The position numbers were made by a program, and so were the translations under genes. 64,000 nucleotides of DNA, from positions 1 through 64,000 of the forward strand of contig JAXLNO010000132.1 of assembly GCA_038087875.1 (NCBI GenBank), in the 5' to 3' direction. A model generated the notes under the pieces. It saw nothing but the letters and a program-made list of their open reading frames with translations, made no database searches and was not told the DNA's origin. Shown one piece after another: positions 33,805 to 45,369 of this stretch (the stretch's first letter is position 1; each line of letters begins with the position of its first letter). Source of the DNA: Malacoraja senta (lineage: Eukaryota).

Positions 33805-35038
33805 CTACAACATCCAAGTTCCAATTAAAATCTGGCTTAAAATATTTGACAGTGTAATCCAGCCTATTGCGCTTTTTGGTAGTGAAGTATGGGGTCCGCT
33901 CAGTCACCATAGTTATAGTAAATGGGAAAAATATACAACGGAGGCCCTGCATGCGGAATTTTGTCGGAACATCCTCCATATCCAAAGGAAAACACCAACA
34001 AACGCATGTAGGGCGGAATTAGGCAGATACCCACTGATAATAAATATCCAGAAAAGAGCACTAAATTTTTGGAATCATCTTAAATCTAGCCCCCCAGATA
34101 CCCTCCAGTTTAAAGCCCATAAAACACAAGAGGGGAGCCCAGAAAAGAGTTTGCTGTGTCAGTTGGTACTGAGACCAACTACCCCTATTCAGTTAAAACC
34201 TATCCAGTTAAACCCTGACCAGCCTCAGATCAATACTGATTCCCAATCACCAGTTAGAGTGAACCAAATTATCAAACAATGTAAAGAAACGTATTTGGAA
34301 CATTGGGATAAAGAAACCAAAAGCCAAAGCAAATTAAAATGTTACCGTGCCCTAAAAAGAGATTATAAATTGGCAGACTATCTCTCAATTCTTACAGACA
34401 TAAAGCAGAGACAGACCCTCATCAAATACAGGTTAAGTGACCACTATTTGGCAGTTGAGAAAGGAAGACAGAAGAGATTCTGGCAACCAAGAGAAAACAG
34501 AATATGCGGCCACTGTTTGACAGATGAGGTTGAAACAGAGGTGCACTTCCTCCTAAAATGCAAAAAATTTGACAAAACAAGGAAAACTTACTTTGACAAA
34601 CTCAGTCTGGCAACCCCTGATTTTGAAGAACTGGATGATACATCAAAACTAAGAATAATCCTTGGTGAAGGAAATACGGCACACTTTGGTGCCCAATACA
34701 TAATGGCATGCCATAACCTGAGAGACGGTGAATGACCAATATGCACATATGCACGCACACACTAATTGACATTGACTGACACTAAGAAATTAATGTTCAA
34801 TTACTAAACTTGCTATTCTGCTGTAATGCCTACAGCTGCAAGAACGCGTAGCAATCAATAAAGGGCTATAGGCCTATTGCGAGTTTATGTACAGGGACAT
34901 ATCTATCCATGCACTGTATACTTGTATTTATACTTATGCATTTTAAATATGTATGTCATGTTTTATACTTTGGCAATATAACGATGTAGTTTATCATGCC
35001 AATAAAGTTTTTAAATTGAATTGAAAATTGAATTGAAA
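33805..35038 (+). mobile_element. LINE 3' part: post-RT region, CCHC zinc knuckle, 3'UTR and (aattg)n tail
   Basis: IFDSVIQPIALFGSEVWG, CRAELGRYPL, RLSDHYLAVEKGR..RICGHC..ETEVHFLLKC. Confidence 0.9.
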
Positions 35039-35671
35039 GAGAGTGAGACAGATAGAGAGAAAGCATGGGGAGGGGTGGAGAGTGAGAGAGAGAGAGTCAG
35101 AGATAGAGAGATAGTCAAAGACAGAGGGAGAAAAAGAGAGAGAGAGAGAGACGGAGACAGGGAGAGAGAGAGAGAGTGCAGTGGAGGGAGGGAGGGAGGG
35201 AGGAGATGGGTGAGAGGCTGGAGGTGGAAAGGGGTGAAGTGAGTAGCGGGGGAAAACAGGGAGCAAAGGGAGGGGGAGGATTCAAGGGGGAGTGGGTTTG
35301 GTGCCGAGGGGGATGAATGAGGGGGCAGGGAACTGGGGGGGAGAGAGAGGGGTCAAGTGAGTCAAGGAAGGCGGTAGGGAACCAGGTGGGGGTGGGTTCA
35401 CATTGTTTGGGGGTGGGGAGGAGGGGGGATGGAGCAAAGGGGGGTAAGGAGCAGGAGACGGCGGCAGTGGTAAGGGGCAGGGAGCCACAGGGAGGAGGTC
35501 ACATTGTTTGGGGGTGGGGAGGGTGTTGCAGTTTAGGAAGTCAAACCGGAGCAGGGTCTTCACTGAATGGCTGGGCCATGGGGGAATGTGTGGAGCCGAG
35601 TTATCTAGGAGTGCAGGTACGAGTTGGGCCGAAGGGCCTCTTTCCAACGTTGTATCACTCTATGAATCTAT

Positions 35672-35880
35672 GACAAAGTGCTGGAGTAACTCAGCAGGTC
35701 AGGTAGCATCTGTGGAGAAGATAGACACAAAATGCTGGAGTAATTCAGTGGGTCAGGCAGCATCTGTGGAGAACATAGACACAAAATGCTGGAGTAATTC
35801 AGCGGGTCAGACAGCATCTGTGGAACTGATAGACACAAAGTGCTGGAGTAACTCAGCAGGTCAGGGAGCATCTGTGGAGA
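35672..35880. repeat. 4 x 54-bp tandem array of a dispersed, probably Penelope-derived repeat
   Basis: tgctggagtaa at 35679, 35733, 35787, 35841. Confidence 0.85.
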
Positions 35881-35914
35881 GATTGAATGGGTGAAGAATT
35901 GGGTCAAGACCCTT

Positions 35915-36215
35915 TGGTTTAGTTTATTTTCGAGATGCAGCGTGGAAACAGGTCTTTTGGCCCACGGAGTCCGTGCCGACCAGCGATCACCCCGTACACT
36001 AGCACTATCCTACGCACATTAGGGAAATTGTAACAATTTTGTGGAGTCCAATTAATCTACAACCCTGAACGTCTTTGAAATGTTGGAGGAAACCGGAGCA
36101 CCCGGAGTGACAACCCACGCAGGTCAAGGGGAGAACATACAAACTCCGCACAGACAGCACCCATAGTCAGGATCGTACCCGGGTCTCTGGCGGTGAGGCA
36201 GCAACTGCCGCACAG
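35915..36215 (-). mobile_element. V-SINE (HE1-like)
   Basis: Reverse complement of the 6742-7015 family. Confidence 0.75.
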
Positions 36216-36443
36216 AAAATATATAACGGTTTCCTCCGCCATAAACGCACTCAATATGTGCTAGTAATGTCCTGTTTACCAGCTTGTTGACCCTCTGTGT
36301 TCCCCTCTTGCAGGGTTTATGAGCCGTTGGGTGTGGACGGAGAGACGGGGACGTGAGCGGCCATTGAGGGAGGCCAGGGTGCCGGTGAGCCCCCCCTCAC
36401 ATTTACTCAGTGTGCGGTTGAGCTACGAGGGGGCTGAGCTTCG

Positions 36444-38006
36444 ATGGAGGACCACATGATGGGACACAACAAGGAGAAGCGTTATGAGTGTGACGTGTGT
36501 GGCAAGGCCTGGCAGAGCCCGAGCCGGCTGGAGATCCACCGGCGGGTTCACACGGGAGAACGTCCCTTCGACTGCTCGGACTGCGGCAAGACCTTCATCT
36601 GCTACGACAACCTGCTGCAGCACAACCGCATGCACTCCGGCGAGAGGCCCTTCATCTGTTCCGCCTGCGGCAAGAGCTTCACCCGCTACGACAACCTGCA
36701 GCAGCACAACCGCGTGCACTCCGGCGAGAGGCCCTTCACCTGCTCCGCCTGCAGCAAGAGCTTCAAGACGGCGAATCACCTGAAGGTGCACCGGCGGGTG
36801 CACACGGGCGAGAAGCCCTATGGCTGCTCCACCTGCGGCAAGAACTTTGCCCAGTTGTCGGGGCTGCAGGAGCACCGGCGGGTGCACAGCAGTGAGCGGC
36901 CCTTCACCTGCTCCGACTGCGGCAAAGGATTCAAGTCGTCGCCGGACCTGAAGCAACACAGGCGCGTGCACACCGGCGAGCGACCCTACACCTGCGCCCA
37001 GTGCGGCAAGGGCTTCACCCAGTCCAGCAACCTGCTGTCCCACAAGCGCACCCATACCGGCGAGCGACCCTACACCTGCGCCCAGTGCGGCAAGGGTTTC
37101 ACCTACTCCACCAGGCTGCTGTCCCACCAGCGCACCCACACCAGCGAGCGCGCCTACACCTGCGCCCAGTGCGGCAAGGGTTTCACCTACGCCACCAGGC
37201 TGCTGTCCCACCAGCGCACCCACACCGGCGAGCGTCCCTACACCTGCAGCTACTGTGGCAAGGGCTTCACCTGCTCCAGCAAGCTGCTGGTGCACCAGCG
37301 CACCCACACTGGCGAGCGCCCCTTCACCTGCAGCTACTGCGGCAAGGGCTTCATCTGCTCCAGCACCCTGCTGGTGCACCAGCGCACCCACACCGGTGAG
37401 CGCCCCTACAACTGCACCCAGTGCGACAAGGGCTTCACCCGCTCCAGCACCCTGCTGGAGCACCAGCGCACCCACACCGGTGAGCGCCTCTTCACCTGCA
37501 CACAGTGCGGCAAGAGCTTCGCCCAGTCCAGCACCCTGCTGGAGCACCAGCGCACCCACACCGGGGAGCGACCCTACACCTGCGCCCAGTGCGGCAAGGG
37601 TTTCACCCGCTCCTCCAGGCTGCTGTCCCACCAGCGCACCCACACCAGCGACCGTCCCTTCACCTGCGCCCAGTGCGGCAAGGGCTTCACCAAGTCCAAC
37701 ACCCTGCTGGAGCACCAGCGCACCCACACCGGCGAGCACTCCTACACCTGCAGCTCCCGCGGCAAGGGCTTCACCCGCTCCTCCAGGCTGCTGTCCCACC
37801 AGCGGGTGCACACCGGCGACCATCCCGTCCCCAGCCCAGTGTGTGGAGAGCACTTTGCCATGGCCTCCCACGCCCTGTCTCACCAGCACGTGCACACCAG
37901 TGGCCAGCCCTACAACTGCCCGTTCTGCGGTGAGGGGTTTGACAGCTCGCGGGGGTTGCGGCAGCACCGGCGGACCCACGCCGGCGCGCAGCTGCTCCCA
38001 CTGTGA
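36444..38006 (+). CDS. Tandem Kruppel-type C2H2 zinc-finger protein, 520 aa: 16 canonical and 2 degenerate fingers, no visible KRAB/SCAN/BTB
   Basis: Repeated CxxC-x12-HxxxH with TGERP linkers; strong GC3 bias; upstream acceptor ttcccctcttgcag at 36313. Confidence 0.9.
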   Translation: MEDHMMGHNKEKRYECDVCGKAWQSPSRLEIHRRVHTGERPFDCSDCGKTFICYDNLLQHNRMHSGERPFICSACGKSFTRYDNLQQHNRVHSGERPFTCSACSKSFKTANHLKVHRRVHTGEKPYGCSTCGKNFAQLSGLQEHRRVHSSERPFTCSDCGKGFKSSPDLKQHRRVHTGERPYTCAQCGKGFTQSSNLLSHKRTHTGERPYTCAQCGKGFTYSTRLLSHQRTHTSERAYTCAQCGKGFTYATRLLSHQRTHTGERPYTCSYCGKGFTCSSKLLVHQRTHTGERPFTCSYCGKGFICSSTLLVHQRTHTGERPYNCTQCDKGFTRSSTLLEHQRTHTGERLFTCTQCGKSFAQSSTLLEHQRTHTGERPYTCAQCGKGFTRSSRLLSHQRTHTSDRPFTCAQCGKGFTKSNTLLEHQRTHTGEHSYTCSSRGKGFTRSSRLLSHQRVHTGDHPVPSPVCGEHFAMASHALSHQHVHTSGQPYNCPFCGEGFDSSRGLRQHRRTHAGAQLLPL

Positions 38007-38218
38007 CAAGAGAGCATGGGGACTGCGGGAGCACCAGCGCACACACCGGAGAGAGACCCTTTGTGTGCGCTGAGTGTGGCAAGGGCTTCTCCCGCCTTGA
38101 CCACCTGCTGGAGCTCCGACGAGTCCACACCGGCCAGCGCCCCTTCACCTGCCAGCTCTGCGGCAAGGCCTTTGCCCGCTCCTCCAGCCTGCTGGCACAC
38201 CGCCACGTGGATAGATAG
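37990..38218 (+). pseudogene. Three out-of-frame relic zinc fingers overlapping and following the stop
   Basis: [32 protein letters not shown] and [21 protein letters not shown] in shifted frames. Confidence 0.85.
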
Positions 38219-38323
38219 GCGCTGTTTAGGTAGACACAAAATGCAGGAAGGAATGGGTAATATTTCAGGGTCGAGACCCATCTTCAGTGTCGATCCGAAA
38301 CATCACCCATTCCTTGTCTCCAG

Positions 38324-38490
38324 AGATGCTGCCTGTCCCGCTGAGTTACTCCAGCACTCTGTGAATGTCACCTATCCATGTTCTCCAGAGATGCTGCCTG
38401 ACCCGCTGAGTTACTCCAGCACTCTGTGAATGTCACCTATCCATGTTCTCCACAGATGCTGCCTGACCCGCTGAGTTACTCCAGCACTTT
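38324..38490. repeat. ~3 x 65-bp tandem array, inverted relative to 35672-35880
   Basis: agatgctgcc at 38324, 38389, 38454. Confidence 0.85.
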
Positions 38491-39319
38491 GTGTTAATCA
38501 TAGAGTGATACAGTGTGGAAACAGGCCCTTCGGCCCAACTTGCCCACACCGACCAACATGTCCCAGCTACACTAGTCCCACCTGCCTGTGTTTGGTCCAT
38601 ATCCCTCCAAACTTGTCCTATCCATGTAACTGTGTACCTGTTTCTTGGGATAGTCACAGCCTCAACTACCTCCTATGACAGTTTGTTCCATACTCCCACC
38701 ATCCTCTGTGTGAAATAGTTACCCCTCAGTTACCTTTTAAATCTTTTCCCCTTCACCTTGAACCCGTGTCCTCTGGTCCTCGATTCCCCATTCTGCAAGA
38801 GATTCTGTGCATCTAACTAAATTGTGTTCCATGCAAGATTCCACCATCTGCAGTGTCTTGTGTCTCCCTCACCTATATCCACCTATCATTTCTGAAGAAG
38901 GGTCTCAACCTGAAACGTCACCCATTCCTTTTCTCCATAGAGATGCTGCCTGTCCCACTGAGTTACTCCAGCATTTTGTGTCCACCTATCACTTGCCAGG
39001 CTTTGTCCAGCCCCTTTCTCTCTTTTCCAGCTTCCTTCCCCCACCCTCTCCAATCAGTCAGATGAAGGGTCCTGACTCAAAACATCGTCTGTCCATTTCC
39101 TCTAAAGCGGTGGAGGAACTCAGTGCGCCAGGCCGCATCTGTAGAGGGAAGGGAATCTAAGGCGACCACTCCCAGTGCTCATTTCCAACTTTCTCCACCC
39201 CCACACCAAGCAGTCTGAAGAAGGGTCCTGACCTAGAATGTTGCCTGTCCATGCTCTCGAGAGGTGCAAGTTACTCCAAGAGATTGTGTCTCTCTTTCTA
39301 AACCAGCATCTGCTGTTCC

Positions 39320-41125
39320 TTCTTTACATATGTGAAGAGGAAAACATTAGTTAAGACCAAAGTTGGACTCTTGAAGACTGAAAAAGGTGAATTTATTATG
39401 GGGAACAAGGAAATGGCAGATGAGTTGAACAGGTACTTTGGATCCGTCTTCACTAAGGAGGACACAAACAATCTTCCTGATGTACTAGGGTGATGGGGGA
39501 ACTGAAGAAAATCCACATTAGGCAGGAAATGGTGTTGGGTAGACTGATGGGACTGAAGGCTGATAAATCCCCAGGGCCTGATGTTCTGCATCCCAGGGTA
39601 CTTAAGGAAGTGGCTAGAAATCGTGGATACATTGGTGATCATTTTCCAATGTTCTATAGACTCAGGATCAGTTCCTGTGGATTGGAGGGTAGCTAATGTT
39701 ATCGCACTTTTTAAGAAAGGTGGGAGAGAGAAAACGGAATTATAGACCACTTAGCCTGACATCGGTGGTGGGGAAGATGCTGGAGTCAATAATAAAAGAT
39801 GAAATTGCCGCATATTTGGATAGCAGTAACAGGATCAGTCCAAGTCAGCATGGATTTATGAAGGGGTAATCATGCTTGACTAATCTTCTGGAATATTTTG
39901 AGGATGTAACTAGGAAAATGGACAAGGGGGAGCCAGTGGATGTAGTGTACCAAGACTTTCAGAAAGCATTTGATAAGCTTCCACATGGGAGATTAGTGGG
40001 CAAATTTAGGGCACATGGTATTGGGGGTAGAGTGCTGACACGGATAGAAAATTGGTTGGCATACAGGAAATAAAGAGAAGGGATTAACGGGTCCCTTTCA
40101 GAATGGCAGGCAGTCGGGTGGGGTGGCGTGCCGCAAGGCTCGGTGCTGGGACCGCAGCTATTTACCATATACATCAATGAAGAGATTTAAAAGTAACATT
40201 AGCAAATTTGCAGATGAGACAAAGCTGGGTGGCAGTGTGTACTGTGATGAGGATGCTATGAGAATGCAGGGTGACTTGGACAGGTTGGGTGCGTGGGCAG
40301 ATGAATGGCAGATGCAGTTTAATGTGGATAAATGTGAGGTTATCCACTTTGGTAACAGAAACAGGAAGGCAGATTATCTAAATGGTGTCAAGTTGGGAAA
40401 TGTGGAAGTACAACGGGATCTGGGGGTCCTTGTTCATCAGTGACTGAAAGTAAGCATGCAGATGCAGCAGGCAGTGAAGATAGCGAATGGCATGTTGGCC
40501 TTTATAACAAGAGCAGTTGCGTATAGGAGCAAAGGGGTCCTTCTGCAGTTGTATAGGGCCCTGGTGAGACGACACCTGGAGTATTGTGTACAGTTTTGTT
40601 CACCAAATTTGAGGAAGGACATTCTTGCTATTGAGGGAGTGCAGCATAGGTTTACAAGGTTAATTCCCGGGACGGCGGGACAGTCATATGCTGAAAGAAT
40701 GGAGCGGCTTGGCTTGTACACTCTGGAGTTTAGGAAGATGAGAGGGGATCTTATTGAAACATATAGATTATTAAGCGTTTGGACACGCTAGAGGCAGGAA
40801 ACATGTTCGCGATGTTGGGGGAGTCCAGAACCAGGGGCCACAGTTTAAGAATAAGGGGTAAGCCATTTAGAACGGAGACGAGGAAACACTTTTTCTCACA
40901 GAGAGTGGTGAGTCTGGAATTCTCTGAGGGCGGTGGAGGCCGGTTCTCTGGATACTTTCGAGCGAGAGCTAGATAGGGGTCTTAGAGATAGTGGAGTCAG
41001 GGGGTATGGGGAAAAGGCAGGAACGGGGTACTGATTGTGGATGATCAGCCATGATCACATTGAATGGCGGTGCTGTCTCGAAGGGCCGAATGGCCTACTC
41101 CTGCACCTATTGTCTAATGTCTAAT
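39320..41125 (+). mobile_element. CR1 LINE ORF2 (RT) through 3' end, degenerate
   Basis: [34 protein letters not shown] and 3' tail. Confidence 0.92.
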
Positions 41126-41149
41126 GTATCAGGACTAGGCGTGTATTTC

Positions 41150-41350
41150 ACCCTACACTTGCGCTCGGTCCTCCAAGGCCAGCTGGATCTCCCGGTTGCC
41201 AACTATTTTAACTCCCCTTCCTACTCCCACATTGATGTTTCTGTCCTGGGCCTCCTCCATTGCCAGAGTGAGGTGACACGCAAACTGGAGGAACAGCACC
41301 TCATAGCTGACAGCCCAATGACATGAACATTGAATTCTCCAAATTAAGAA
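41150..41350 (+). mobile_element. Penelope-like element GIY-YIG C-terminal remnant
   Basis: HLRSV....LPVANYFNSPS.SH....LGLLHC....RKLEEQHLI. Confidence 0.75.
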
Positions 41351-41699
41351 GACTCCCCCCTCCTAATCAAGTCCTGGAGTCTGTCCCGACCCCATCTCTT
41401 TTTTCCAGCTTTCTCCCCCGACTCCATCAGTCCAAAGAAGGGTCCAGACCCGACACATCGCCTGTCCATTCCCCGGTAGCACTCAGCAGGTCAGCCATCC
41501 GTGGTGGGAAACGGATGGAGAAGTGTTCCTATTACAAGCTCTCCTTGGCCATGTCAAGAATGTGGTGTCCATTCTTGGGATGGGATGCAAGGTCCGAGCT
41601 GACCAGTCATCGAGAGCCCCCCTTCCCTTCCCTCGTGGGCCATCTCTTTGTCATTCCTCTGTCTTCTTCTCGCTGGATGACAAGCAGAACCATCTTGGC

Positions 41700-42292
41700 T
41701 TAACAGTAGATGTATCTTCCTTTTGGCCTTTCGTTTCTGCAGGTATTTACAGCGGAATCAAAAATACTTCCCTTAGGTCCTGATCTTTCTTTTGTTTTAG
41801 TAAAGGTAGAACCTTTGACAGTTGTGATTGGTTTAGGATCTTGAATACTCCCATAGCGTAAATTTGACATGAACCGTACTTCCTTTTCTATGAAGTTCCC
41901 CAGATCAGGAAGCATGGCCTCTCCATTCTCATTTTCCTCTAACAGACCAGCTTTATCCCTCCACTTTGCTCTAAAGGGCCTGTCCCACTGTACGAGGTAA
42001 TTCAAGAGTTTCTCCTGATTCGAACTCGGAGAATTACGGTAATAGCCGCTCGTAGGTACTCGGGGCTCTCGTGGACATTTTTCAACATCGTTGAAAAATC
42101 TTCACGAGTCTTCACGAGCTTACCCCGTTTCCCGAGGACTGCCGTTAGCGTTATGAGCCGCTAAGAGACGTCCCGACTTCCGACGTACCCGCTACGTACA
42201 TTCTACGTACATACCACGAGTTCGATTTTTTTTTTAAACTCGGGAGGGCTCTTGAATTACCTCGTACAGTGGGACAGGCCCTTAAGTCTATG
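41700..42292 (-). mobile_element. BEL/Pao LTR-retrotransposon gag fragment, interrupted by a MITE
   Basis: After removing the MITE: RLRAKWRDKA...PDLGNFIEKEVRFMSNLRYGSIQD. Confidence 0.65.
41975..42282. mobile_element. PIF/Harbinger-type MITE (308 bp)
   Basis: 34-bp perfect TIR agggcctgtcccactgtacgaggtaattcaagag; TAA target duplication at 41972-41974 and 42283-42285. Confidence 0.9.
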
Positions 42293-42496
42293 TCAGCAGT
42301 CGATTCCCGAAGTCGGTCCCTTTGACATTGGTGGGCTGAGAACGTTCTGCAGATGCTGTTACTTTCAGTTGTTCAATGCGATGAGATGCCCAGGTCCACT
42401 CAGCACGGGAATAGCTATCACCATAACTCCCAGAACAAACCAGGTGAAGTTCACTGTGATCTGTGCTGGAGCGGTAAAGTGTGTATCTCTGTAAAT
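42292..42496 (-). pseudogene. IgSF pseudogene, truncated third Ig (V-like) exon
   Basis: Acceptor tctctctgatacag, phase 1; NLQRYTLYRSSTDHSELHLVCSGSYGDSYSRAEWTWASH...DFGNRLLT, cut by BEL sequence. Confidence 0.7.
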
Positions 42497-43544
42497 CTGT
42501 ATCAGAGAGACAGAGGATAACTCCTTTCAGTATTACAGTTACCGTGCCATACAGAGATTCTCAACCGTATTCTTATAAACATTCGTGGTGTTTTGTTCAG
42601 CTGATCAAGTTTCAAATGTAACATCTTTCATGAATGCCGCACTAAACTCATCAGATCTTTATAAAATACAATGTCCTGTACGGCAGTAAATTGCAGTGAA
42701 GTTTGGATATTCCACTCTACATTTCAACATTAGGTTCGCCCCCACACCCGGACTGTCCGGGAATCTCCCGGGATGGAATGACACCCCCCGGAGACTCCCG
42801 AGAGCGGTCTGGGAGGTGAATGTCTCTGTCAGTCTGTCTGCAGGAGGTGGTGCAGGTTCAGGCTGCGGACAGAAGCAGCCCAGAGGATGCCTGCGTGGGG
42901 ACTGACCCGGACAGGTTGGCACTTCAAGTGGGTCGGGTCTTCCCGTCCCTTCATTCCCATTATTCCCACCATCCCTCTCCCATTCACACCCATTGATTCC
43001 CTGTCCTTTCCTGTTCCCGGGTCCTGCTCCCAGCTGAATGCTGATCCGAAGCCCGAGTCTGCAGCAACTGGAATCACTTCAAGCAACACCAGACTCGGAG
43101 AGAAGGGTCAGTGAGGGGAGAGGGGATGGATTGTTGTTCAGTGCTGATGTGTGGGCCGGGACCCCCAGTGTGAGTGTGAGCAGCAAGTGCTGGTGGTTGT
43201 CATGGTGACTACACTTTCTATCTGACACTTTGACGTGAGTCCTGTATCAGTATCTCAGTCTCAGATACTGGAGCATTGATGGCAAGATAAACTGACAAAA
43301 TACTTGACTGAACAATGGTTACAGAAAGACATCCCCCTCCTGTGCTGTGTGTCTGTCACACAGAGACAAGCAGGCAGCTGCTCCACAGAGAGACTTTCTG
43401 TAAACTCCCTGATCATTGCAGCATTTTATACTGGAGAGCAGTTGGTCACTGCCACAGTTCTTCACAAGGCACACACATAATATTACAAGAAGCACCGTGA
43501 TACAAGTGTCTACTTGATATCCAATGGGAGGTGTTTACACTCAC

Positions 43545-43812
43545 TGTTGTTTACAGTAAAATCTCCATTACTTGTGTGAACAATGTTTCCGTTTTCCTGC
43601 ACATCACACACATACAGCTTCCCATCCTCCACTGTAACGTGTTGAACCATCAGATAGACCGTGTTATTCAGGCGGATCTGATCAGTGTTGCTCCTGTTCT
43701 ATTGTGATGAGTCCATGGGTCTCCAGTGAAGACTGACTGTATCTGAGAGTCGAGATGGTGCAGCTGAGTGTGACGTCACTGCCCAGCAGAGGCCTCTGTG
43801 GACTTGCCTCAA
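43545..43812 (-). pseudogene. IgSF pseudogene, C2-type Ig exon with frameshift and stop
   Basis: cag|VEASPQRPLLGSDVTLSCTI/LSDTVSLHWRP..Q*N..YLMVQHVTVEDGKLYVCDV..|gtgagt; 268 nt (not a multiple of 3); TAG at 43699-43701. Confidence 0.85.
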
Positions 43813-44199
43813 CTGTGAAAAACAGATCAATGAGATTCAGAGTGAGTAGTGGTTTCTACAAGTTCAATGACTGGGCTCAATTTCACCTCAACTGAAAACC
43901 TAGACCCGCCCCTCATTCTTCTAAACTCCTGCTAGTCCAAGCCCAGAGCCACAAACACTCATCATCCCCTGGGGCATTTTCATAAACGTTAGTTTTATGT
44001 TGCATTACTTCAGACTGCACTGCAATCTCTGCACCATTCTGCTGTTTTGCTTTTGTTGCATGTTTTAATGTACCTTTTATTATAATTTACTTTATCTGAA
44101 CAATGAATGTGTTTTACCCAAATGTATATGACAATGAACTAATATGAATCTAAATCTGAATTTGATATTGTCCAGACTACACAGACATAGTGTTATTGT

Positions 44200-44460
44200 T
44201 CCTCACTTTGACAGTGTTCACACATGTTGTGTACATAACACACTTGACACTCATGCTGCATCCTGAGATTATACCAATTCAAGTGTTTCAGAGGTTTGTA
44301 CATTAGATTTAGCTCGGCGGGGACTGGTGGCAGAAGGTCCATGGACTGTAGTCTATTCCACAATGCCTTTGCTTTGTCTGCACTGATCTTCAGTGTGTCC
44401 CTCAACACGTACTCCTGCAGCCTAGAATATTCTGCAATGGAGATTTCGCTGGGGAAAACA
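44200..44460 (-). mobile_element. Tx1/L1-clade LINE 3' remnant
   Basis: SRLQEYVLRDTLKI....AKALW C-terminal motif. Confidence 0.6.
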
Positions 44461-45369
44461 TGAAGATCAAAGTAGTTGGATCCAACCTCATTCACTGTAT
44501 CTCGGCAAACGTTAGAGCAATGAACAAATCCCAATCCCTTTACACCTGTGGAGAATTATCTACAGGAGGCAAAGGCCTTGTCCATCCTCCGCTAAAGCTC
44601 CCAAGCTGTTGGAATGGTTCTGAGTGGCACCAACGTTCAGAAGTAAACACTTTTATTGATATTGAATATTTCATTTTTTTAAATCATGAAAGAGTCTAAT
44701 TCTACAATAACGATTAGTATTGATTCCTGAAGAGTCTCCACCCCTGCAGGCACCGGATCCGGGAGCAGTTTTCCCAGTGCCAGTGTCGGTGAATATCAGC
44801 ATATTCCTGCTCCAGTCCTGGTCTCCACGTGGAGAAGTGAAGGGGAGCGCTGGCAGATTCACCGCAAGAACTGTCAGCAAGTTGTGGAATTCCTCGTTGT
44901 GAAACGCATGGGTGGAAGTCCTGAAGCTCTACATATTCACACAGGTAAATGCCGGCTGTTCACCGTGACACTGCTGGTGCAACCGGCAACACTCTGACCA
45001 GTGAATGCAAACAATGTTTAGATGTAACTGGATTGATACCTTTGTCCATTTGTCCCTGTCATGTCTCCCCCCAACCACCCTCAAGGTGGGATCTCTCCCA
45101 CCAGTGTAAGTTCCACAGATGAAGGACTTCCTCTGGGATCTCAACCAAGTGAGGCATGGACCTGGTTCACTGGGTAACATTGAGCAGCAGTGTCACTCGA
45201 CAATCTCACCCAAGGCCCACAGAATCAATGAAGAAAAATCTTTCCCCCAATTGTTTCATTGGGAGATTCATCGGGTGGAAGAAGTCTCACAATTCCCGCC
45301 ATATTTCATCATTACACGTGACATTATTTACAGAGAAACATATTGTTGATCAGTGTCTCGCCCACTCAT

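Noticed and set aside
36423..38042. 539-aa antisense ORF and alternative-frame ORFs over the ZNF gene
   Set aside because: Expected shadow of the GC3-rich repetitive zinc-finger codons; no independent protein features
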